Positions 50,716 through 61,003 of a DNA stretch of 64,000 bases are shown here, piece after piece. Within the stretch, counting starts at the first letter, position 1. Each line of letters begins with the position of its first letter. Both the position numbers and the translations under genes were made by a program. The notes below the pieces were generated by a model, which was not told the origin of the DNA, did not search any database, and saw only the letters and a program-made list of their open reading frames with translations. This DNA is from Marsupella aquatica. Lineage: Eukaryota > Plantae > Marchantiophyta. Where the stretch lies: contig OZ316892.1 in NCBI GenBank assembly GCA_973895155.1, positions 18,280,357 to 18,344,356 on the forward strand, read 5' to 3'.

Positions 50716-53700
50716 CTATTGCTGCCCTTCACTAATTGTTGCAAAATTTGGTTCCTCTTGGATTTCGGTACGCGATACATGTCTGTCAAGAATCTGCAGA
50801 CTAAGTTGTTCACTAGCCAAGAGTTTCCTACGTTCTTTTCGCCTTCTTCTCTTCAAGGCTCGTCTGCTTACATAATCAGCCGGTTTTGGGGACTTGGGCT
50901 CCTCTGGGCGATAATTATGCCAACGATCATACTGGTGACAAGATAGCAGGGGTCGCAGTCTTGGGGCCGCCGAGCAGCTTGTTGAGCAGCTTCCATTATG
51001 CTGCGACAGACAGTCTTCACAAGACCTGTAAAACCACATTTGACAAAGAATCATTCATGAGTATTTCATAATAGTTATACACTTTGGAGTGAAGTGGGGC
51101 CAACTCGTAAATTTCAGACCAGAACCTCCAAATAAGAGGCGGCATTGTGAAGAACTATAATCTGCAAGGGTCTTGATATCACTTTTAGATAATAGAATCT
51201 GGTCCGGGTAGCACTTTTGGAGGACGAAAGAGCCAGACTAAAGTAGAACACGAGAACCTATCTTAATATTATTGATAAAAGTATGTCGACACTGAAACTC
51301 AATCCCCCACCTCTTAATGGAAGACAGCTTGCCATATTGATTGAACTTCACAATATGTTCTCCTCCCTTTAAAGCTTTTAACTGAAAGTTTCCTTGCATT
51401 GAGTACTAGCATTGGATAGGACGTCTAGATTAATACCTTGAGGCTGGCTTAGAATAAGACCATGATATCAATAAATTCACAAAACTTACAGGAATAGCAG
51501 GTTGCAGTCAAGGTTTGCGCAGTTGCGATGGCGTGGTTCAGCGATTGGATCTCCACATAACCGACATCTGGCAAATGCTTGAGAGGCAGAAGAATTGGCA
51601 CAATCCTTCGCCTCTGTCGTATCAGATTCCAGAAGTGCTTCTTCTTCAAGTGCACTTTTGATGTCGTAGTCCCTTGGAGGAACTGCCAGTCGTGAATCAA
51701 ACACAAAAAGATTTCCGGCCCACCTCCTTGCTCCTTCCTCTTTAAGATAATTCGACACACCACCCTTCAGCGTATACAAATTCTTGAATCCCTTCTGTCT
51801 GCATAAGAAATACACAACATTATGACCATTTGTTCTAATGTCTAATGTTTTAGTCTCACTTCCAAAAATCCGACCTGACTTTGGAGTGATTATCGGTCAA
51901 GACATCCTCCAACTTGATCTTGTCCATGACCCACAGTCACCTTGGAAAAGTGACTTCCATGCCACCATATGCATTTAGTGCACTTGATCGGTTGACTAAG
52001 AGTCTACTCAAAATCCCCAATCAAGTTGCACTATTTGTCTTGCTTCAGTTGTATTGACTGAAGTGCCGGTTTCCACTAATCTAGCATCATAGGTCTTGCC
52101 ATCACGGATGACACAATTTTTGACCCAGCAAACCTTAACTGCACAAGTGTAAAGAGATTTAAATTCGTGATCTATATCCTAAAGCAAGAAACACAGGGTG
52201 GATATTGGCACTACGTCTTTCAAGTGCGATCTAACTCGATCGCAGTGAAGTATAATCTCAGCCTACATAATCTTAACGATGCTTTTACGCCAAAACATAT
52301 ATAACATGTCGAGTAGAAACCTTCATACCTTAAAATAGTTGAGTAAACATCGCACCGTATGCCACCGGTACAGTACATCATCACATCGACCTCTTCCTTA
52401 TCGACATTTGCCAAGGGGTCACTATTTCCAGTCTAAAATATTTCATGCACACACAAGTTTAGAAGGAATTCATCCATTATCCGAGAACAATTGCGAGATT
52501 GCTTCTGTTGTAATGTGAAGACATGCACACACTAAATAAAAAATTTACATTAGCGCGTTGCCAAACAATTAGAGCGGGAATTGGAACCTCACGAACTCAC
52601 AAACACCAGAGTGGTGAGAGAGTCCAGGCCCCATGCTAGAAAAATGGTCAAGCGGATTGTAGATTGCGTAATGGAGGAAGTACAACGATTTCACAAGCTT
52701 TTTGAACAGCAGGGCATTTCTATGCAAGTAAGATGACAAGATCTGTCTTATAAGGTTATTTAAGAACAAAAGCCGTTAATAACGTGGATGATTTTTCCTG
52801 TGCAAATGTCCAGAACAGAGTTAAGTAACAAAGTTGCTTCCGAGTGAAAGCATTACCTCGTTTTCTTTGAGTCCAAACTCAGTACTCTTGAAACAATCAA
52901 CATTGGGTCTTTGAGTTCCTTTGAAGTGGCCCACATCCCACTCATATCCTGCATCATATCAGGGAATTTCATCAAGCCAACCCACCATACATAAACGCTG
53001 GACTTTTCAAACAATGTCGTTAAAAGCAGTTCAATTTTCCAAAACCGTGGGGTAGCGAAACCTTACCATTTCGAACATCCAACAAGACAACTGATTTTCT
53101 GGCTTTGACTGTCTTATCGTGCTGCTCATCTTGTGAATTTCCAAGCGCCTGTGACACAGCTGCGCTCTTGTTTCCTAATACAGTTGCAGCATCAAGTCGC
53201 TCGGTCCACTCACGAGGACTGAGGTGCACTGCTCTGGCAGAAGGTTCTGTGATAGGTAGATGCAGTGTCCCTCCTTCGACCTTGAAAGGGAGACAGAAAA
53301 CACATTATCTCAAGACGACATGGAAGATGCGGACCTCTTCAAGTTTGGAGTTGATGCCAAATGAAAGTGAGGACCATAATATTTTCTGTCACATAGAAAT
53401 TCTGATTTGTAGGTGTACAGAGCAATGAGTTTAGGATGCGAAGATCACAGAAAGAAAATTCAAGTCCAAACAAAGGTTAGTGTATCAAGGGTTTTGGGTT
53501 TAGGGTCGTAGGACTAAAGGAACTGAACTCCAGAGGATTCAATTCAGAGAATTTTAAGCATAGACTCCAGGAAGCATACCTTCTACTTGATCATTGATCA
53601 TCCACAATAATTACTGGCATATAAGTTTTACAATCACTAGACCCAGACAGAAACAGAATTGCAGGGAAACTATAGTGGCTAAACTTGTAAATATGTTTAC

Positions 53701-55256
53701 AACACAAACATATGTTGAAATTCCTTCAGAATGTATAGTCAGAGTCACCTACAACCAGATAAGGTTTTGTTCCCTCGTCAGATGACATCCTGGACGCCCA
53801 AAAAAGTCTCTTGAGCAGTAAAGGGAGAGAGAACATACTTGGACCAACGATGGCTTATATCGAAGCCTCAGCCTTGGAAATCCATGCCCCCCAGGAGAGG
53901 GAGAGATTTGAACCAGCATATTTGCAAAACGGGAGTCCTCTTTGACCCACTCCGCATACTCGACGGCCTGCTCCTCTGGACCACTAAGCTGCAGAGATGT
54001 TTTTCACAAAGTTTACTCAACTTGCTAGATAGAAGATGATTTGACTACACCAGTCGGAGTTATCACTACTGCTAAGTGTGAACTGTTACCGATCCATTCA
54101 TTTTGTCAAAAAATAGCTCTAATAACAGTTAACAATCACGAGAATTCACCAAAGCGTAAGAGTTTACCAAATGTAATCGAGCTAAAACTCACCTGTGCAT
54201 TTATGCCCTGATGACTAATATATATTCTCCCTCGAACATCCTTTCCCTGTAATTGTATTTCAAATATCATTAGTTATCAAATCCAACACCTTGTCTATTT
54301 TGAACTCTCCCTGATCTGCTCCGTCTTCACACCACTAGTTTCAGCATTGTTGTCGAGCTACAAAATGAAACATTCTTTACTGCACAAAAGAGTGACCTTA
54401 GAGCTGAGAAATTCGCAACTCTCTATATTTCAGAGGACAGCTCAAAATATATCTCAGATTGGTAGTTTACATCTGACAACACGCTAATAGTTCATAAGGT
54501 ACCTTTTTCAACAACCTCCGGTCATAAGCGATCGAGGTGGGAAACTAGGAGTGAATCCTCCGGACTCAATTGACGCACCTCCAAAAACGACGTGTGACAA
54601 GCCACCTCGTGATGCGGGTCCTCAATGCTGACGAAATAATAGAAGTTCACCACCCATATCTCAGGTGCACAGGTCGTCTTCTCAACCTCCCCAGCATCAG
54701 TTCCCTCTGTCTCAACTCCCCTGCCAACCCCATCCCCATCCACAATTCCCACTCCATCTTCCTCGAAGCTCTCCAGCCCCAATTCTTCTTCAGCACAAAC
54801 GTATCGTCCCTCCTGACGAGAAGCAATGTGAAATCCACTTCTGGATTCAAACCCATTCCTATTCTCCACACCACGAATTCCTCTCCGCGACACAGAGGAT
54901 GACCTCAATATCTGACAGACCCGTGAGGCTCTAAAAAATCTCGGCCCAGTAGCTCTCCAATTACGGAACCCTAATTTGGAAGTAACTGATGCCTGCTCAC
55001 CTCCGAACGTACTCCAGTGCCGCCTCGAACAACCGGCGGACAGTGCACTCCGACTGCTGCATAACTCGTCAGAGCAGCAGCAAGTACCAAGAGCCGAGAC
55101 ACATTCTCGAGAAAAAGACGGAGCCGCTCTTGCAACTCCGCATTTGGTCGTCAGATTCCGAAAGGTAATGGCAAGCACTTGCTCTGATCTCCAACAGTTG
55201 GTGTGGGAACTCAGAACAGCAGTGGACAGATTGGAGCAATTGGAAACGATGGACAT
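50716..55256 (-). CDS. STR8: Rhodanese-like domain protein STR8 / TrhO(YceA)-type tRNA U34 hydroxylase homolog, probably plastid-targeted; about 8 exons
   Basis: Exons give VVNFYYFVSIEDP, RGRIYISHQGINAQ, HGFPRLRLRYKPSLVQ, HLSPREW..LLDVRNGYEWDVGHFKG, MMYCTGGIRCDVYS, YTLKGGVSNYL..GNLFVFDSR and NCANLDCNLLFL|SCEDC. Long Ser/Arg-rich N-terminal transit peptide. Confidence 0.9.
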
Positions 55257-57987
55257 GATGAATTGGTCGTAAGGGGAGGGCGACCTCCCTGCGAGCTGGA
55301 TGGTGATCAGCGTTGCAATGCTGCTGCTGCTGGGCTTGGACTGAAGCCCAGCTCTTGCCAGCATCGCTCGATGTCCAACGCGAATTGGGAATTGTTGAAT
55401 CGGAAGTCGACCATCTTGCTCTCTCTCAACACAAGCACTGAATCAACGGATTTACAGTTCGAGAATGACGGATATGTCTGTTTGAGGTTGGCTTTTTCTG
55501 ATGAGTAGATTCCTAGAAACAGCTTTTTATTGACATGTGCCCAAAAGTAGTTTTATTGACCTGTCCCAAAAAGTACTCAATATGGTCTCTCAAAGTTGGG
55601 TCATTATGAAAGTTACACATTTAGTGTATATCTCATTCTTAAAGCTATAGATTTGTGGTATATCTTGTAACTCCTGTTAGGGACCAAGTTATGATAAAAT
55701 TTTAAAAATGGGAGGAGATAGCATTCATTCACCGAGTATTTGCTTCACCTGTTTCATAGCCTATATTCTTTTTTCCTCCATTCTTCATCAGCCATCACAT
55801 CAAATGCAGCAGCCATCACCACATCAGGCTCAAAGCCCATGTGACTTCTTCAGTTGTGATTTTCCGGAGTTTTGGAGTCCGGGATTTTTGGATTTTTTGC
55901 CTAAAGTTGCAAGAAAGTTACAAGTTAAGTGATGAGCATGCAAACATTCCCTACAGTAGGTGAAGATCAGCTTCCATAACTTTATGACAGTTCTTGTATA
56001 CTGGAGTTATGGGAGGGCCTTATCTTGTTAATGCCAGACTTTGAGACGCCCTAGTATCACTAGCTGATGTGCCTCCTAAACAAAACTAATTAACAACCCG
56101 CCCCGTCCGCCCCACATTTTGTATTTGGGTTAGTATTAACTTGTATATGGATTCCCATTGTCATGTGGCAAGTCACTTCTGGCCAGCGTTAACCTGCCAC
56201 TACCCCCTTTCTGGGTTGCATTGTCCTGAGTAAAAATGAGGGCCAAATGTGTAGAGTTTTTGTGAGGGAAGGGTGGAGCAAAAAATGATGTGTTTTCGCC
56301 CCTCTGGACCTGCGACTGTGCCCTGCAACGGGAAGGGGAAGGGGGGCCCAAGGGGGGTCGCGGTGGGTTAAGTCTGGCCAGTAGCAACTTGCCGCATGGC
56401 AATGGGAACTATATAATGTTAATACTAACCGGAATATGAAAAGGGGTGGATTGATAATTAATTTTGTTTTGGGAGAACAATAATAATATCGAGTAGTTTG
56501 GGGGACAGGTTAGCAAAAAGTTGTTCCCAGAAATTGAAGTTAGTGGACCATCATGTTGACACAGTGCTCCCGTGTACCACATTTTGGTGGTCCATGGGAG
56601 TTTGGGGCCCATAAGTTGATGATTATGAGCCCTAGAATAAGTGATTATTTTGCACCTTCAAGCAATTAGAGAAAGAGAAGGAAGAGACATGAAAAATCAC
56701 AAGCTCAAATATTCTGTGCTAACAGAATGAAAACCAGTTCAATGAAACATACCCCTCCTAAGTTTATGATGGAAAACTCAACCAAAGTGGCCAAAAATTC
56801 AGTGTCACTTTGATGGAAGTGTAGCTACCTACTCCTCTAGCCCTAAAACCCTATATCCCCAAAACTTAGAAATATTTGAATTTGTGAATATCAAATTATG
56901 GCACCTCTGTAGAATAGTTTTGGCATGGGCAAGTTTTACCCCCCATAGAATGGGCCAGCTATATGAGAAACAAGAGTGATCAAGTTTTATACATGAGAAA
57001 ATATTTGTGGAGTGGTCGAATATGTTTGGAGGTAGAAAATATGGAGGAGGCTGGAGGTTGTTTGTTCAGTCTCGGCTGACCAAACCTTTGTTGGTCGTGA
57101 ACTTAGTAAATAGCAACACTCATTACATTATTTAGTTGTATTTAGTCTATGCAAGTAATAGGCTGGCACTGTCTTTTTGTTAGGCTTCTGTTTACATCAA
57201 AATGCTTAGAATATTTTGAACTTTTGCATCACAAAATTCTTTCAAGGTTTACCCAGCACTCTAAAATATTTTGTCAGTCAGGTCCAAAATTATAATGATT
57301 ATTTATTTACTTCTGTATGCTAGTCTAGTGCTCTCACTTGATGCAATGATTGCCATCCTTGTGTTTTTGGTTGAAGACTAGAGGGTGGATGGTGTGAGTG
57401 GATGGTGGGAGTTTTTGCGTGTTGATTCCCAACTTTCAAGGAATGCAACTGCTGAAGGCAATCTCCTTGGAATGTGAAATTTGACCAGCTGGAGCAAAAT
57501 TGCAGATGTGCAAATTCTTCATGTTGACATGAGGTAGACTTTTCTTGCAGCTTATATACCACACTGCCAAAGACAAAAAGTGCCAAATGGAGAGAGAAGA
57601 TCCAAAAGGAAAGAGACCCAATAAAATGGGGACAACTACGGAAAGACCCCTAGAAAGCAAAGAGGCCTAAAAAGTCCATGAGTTCCAACAACGTTAAAGG
57701 AACAAAAATCTGACAAAAGTAGGTGCCTAAACTAAAATCATACTAGGCAGCAAACTAAAGCTTAGTGAAGCTTGATCACGAGTAAACCTCATAGGTGAAA
57801 ACCAAGAGGAATTTGTCAAGAGGCCTTAAAACGAACACCCTTTTTATTGGAGATGAATGGAAGGATAAAAGTCGTAGGAGAGTACCAAGAGGAATTTGTC
57901 TAGAGCCATATATCCTAGAGGCCCTAAACCAAGAGACTCCTAGGAGATAGTAAGCTTTCCTTTGCTGTGACAAATCATGTGAGTCTA

Positions 57988-58286
57988 CAAGCAAGCCCAA
58001 GATCTGGATATCGTCCAAGAGGTACGAAAGGGAATGTCTGGGGGGCCTTAAAACCAACAGCCTTGTTCTGGGAGATTAGGGAGTGTCAAACACTGCCACA
58101 AGCAAAGTCCTATCGGCCAAAACTTTTCAGCCCTAAGATTCCTATGGGCTTGTATTTAGGTAGCCCATCCTGGCCATAAAATAAAACATTTTTTTAATAG
58201 GCCTTGGCCATATCTTTATGGCTGTGTGTTGACACTCCCCATTGTAACCTTTCTTTGGACAATACCCAGATCTTGGGCTTGCTTGC
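57988..58286. repeat. Inverted-repeat (fold-back) element
   Basis: caagcaagcccaagatctggatatcgtccaa (57988-58018) is inverted at 58255-58285 with 2 mismatches; the inner pair gggagtgtcaa / ttgacactccc is also present. Confidence 0.7.
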
Positions 58287-58299
58287 TGATTGAGATGAC

Positions 58300-59600
58300 T
58301 CGTAAAGACCCGTCTTCTTGAACAGCTTTTCAACAGTCTTGAATCTGCATGCCTGTTCTCTCTGGAACAATGATTTGACAATTTCATCCAGAGAAATGGA
58401 TGAAATTGTGGTGCATCAAGAACTTTTCAGAGACCACTGTCTAGAAAAGTCTGTTGTGCCAAATGGAGCTCCAAAGCTGGAATTCTGGTGGCATGGCAAG
58501 TAAGTGTAAAGAGTTTGGAAAGAAAGTGCAAAGAGCCAGCTATGGCGCTAATCTCGTTCCAGTGGATTGGAGGGCATACAGTTGCAGCGCACAGAACAGT
58601 TATTAGTACCATGCGGGAAGAAGCAACTGAGAGGGTGGATATGATTGAATGATTCTGGACAGTCCTCAGCGATGACTGTGTGCACGATAGATTGATAGTC
58701 TTCAGTTGCCGATATCGTTATCCACTTTCCAAGAGAATCTTATCGAGTTGCATCTTTGCTCGGACTCCCATGCATTGGAGGCCCACTTTTTTACAGTTTT
58801 CAGACCGGGTCTATGGTGCTGCGTCCAGTAGTACAGTAGCTTGTGAGACATTCCACGTCTGGCCCACAAGGTTCCCCCGAATTGAATCCCCCCTCCATTC
58901 CAAGAAGCAAGCTCTTGTGTGCATGCGAGAGTTTTCTCGATGAGCTCTTGCGACTGGAACTGAAGAGGCCCATAGCCTGAAGTGTGGCATCGCTTCTCTT
59001 CCGACGAGAGGTTAATCTAGTCATGCAGCGAGAACATTTCATTTCGATACAAGCGAAGTCCAGCATACGTACACGACAGTAAACTTCCGGAGACTAACCT
59101 GAATTGAAGACTAAAAACAAGAACATGAGTTTGCAAAACAATCTTGAACTTCAGAGGATTTGCAAAGCAGACTCTGAGATCAAACTATGAAGTAGTGGCT
59201 GGCCAACCCCAAAAAGCTAGGATCCATGATTTGCAATTGATGGCCTAAGGGTCAGTTCCCAATTTTCCAAGAGAGAGTGAGTATCCAAGCCCAAACAAAA
59301 TCTGGTCCGGAACCACTTGGTGGATGCTTCGGCACGTCAACTTCATCCTGTCTTGGCAGTCATAATCTCATGAACAGTTGTTCTCCTGGACCGGCGGTGG
59401 TGAGAATGGTACCACGCCGGGCAATTTTACACAAGGAGACTGTTCGATTCGCCCTTTTGTATCAATACCTTCGCTTCTGGGGATTCAGAACGTCAATGGC
59501 GAATTCTATGCCTGCGCAATGCAACGCCTTATTTACGTGCCGTCATGCAGGCCAGACATGAGAGTAGCTGGACCAGGCTTGAATTTCATGACCTTGGTGC
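58300..59600 (-). pseudogene. Possible decayed F-box/LRR-type gene
   Basis: Stop-interrupted minus-strand frames give TLMSGLHDG..KAL..NRTVSLCKIARR (F-box-like) and RQLKTINLSC (LRR-like). Weak. Confidence 0.25.
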
Positions 59601-61003
59601 CTTTCTCTCTCCCCACTTGCAAGCGCTCTCTCACCATCAAAACTCGTGCTTTCTTGCTAGACTCTTGGGGTCCACAGTTTACGCTCTAAGTTTCCGGCTG
59701 GTCACCGACCCTGATATGTAAACCCGTCGCTGGCCTACTGGCCTCTTACTTTTCTCTTCTCTATTCCATCTGGCGTTACAGCCTCTTGCCTCCAGGTTAA
59801 TCCTTGAAAGGATTCCTGAATGAGTAACCAGCTACTGTGTTACTCTTTGAGTAATCCGTCTAACTTTTAGTTGGTTTCGTGAGAGTCTAATAAGCATTCT
59901 CCTGTGGTCATGGTTACAATTGGGGCCTAGGGACTAGACGGTTCAGTGTAATTTTTCCTTCTCAATTGAGCTGCAGCTGAAGATTAATCAGTGAAGGATG
60001 CGATCCCGATCAGAAATTGAAAGCAGGATGCGGGGCTGATCCTGCTTCACTCTCAGTTTGAAGTTGCACCTTGGAGCTCGGTGGCTCCTCGTATAAATAT
60101 GGGATGGAAGTTGTTTTCTTGTGAAACGGGGTTCTCTCATCACTATCCTTCGGAGTCTGCTTGGAGTCTCTTTCCCTGAAGTCCTTCTGCACTTCAGAGA
60201 CTTGGAAAGGGTTTTAGCTAATTCGAAGGTCGATTGGTGGCTGATTCTGTCGACTTGAAGCGTTTATAGGTATTGTCTTTGTTCTTACGCCTCTTCAACA
60301 GTGAGCCTCAATTCTTCAACTGCTTCAATGATCTCACTTCTTAACAGTTCGTTCCCCTCAATTGGAAATCTCACGTCGCCACCTGATGAGAATGCACGAA
60401 ATCCAAGTTCAAGAATATACACAAAGACCATCAATTTCCTCGATCTTGATGACGATTAGTTGCTGTTTGTGCTGGTTCGTCAATTTCATCATTCAGTGCA
60501 TGTGAGGTCTAGTTTTCCTCTTGCGTTCTAAAGTCTCTCCGAAAATTAAATCTCTCGATTTGACAACGTATTCCACGCCCGGCGAACATCTGATTGCAAA
60601 GCATCCGCCATGTAATATCTCCATCTAATTTCGTTTTAGTATCTCGCTGTCAATGTCGCTCACGAGTCATGCGTCTCCTCCCATTTCATCCGTGCTGGAC
60701 GGCTCTGTATGTGTCTGTTTTCCTACGGTCGAACAGAGAGTATTTTGGTGGCCCGAAAAGCTCTAGGGTAAGCAATTGAGGAGGAGGGCAGACGTCGGAG
60801 AACCTCAGCACCCGTTCCTGCAAATGATTACCTAAGTTGTGATGGGCTCTCAATCCACCTCACTCCTAAAAAAGAATAGACCAGACACCAGCAAGTCTTG
60901 AGCAAAAATTGATAAACGAAAGTCTCGGCGCGTCATACCACTGGAACCCTCATTTAATTCCACGGGACTTGCAGGAAGAAGACTTTAAATTGCACCGCTC
61001 TGA

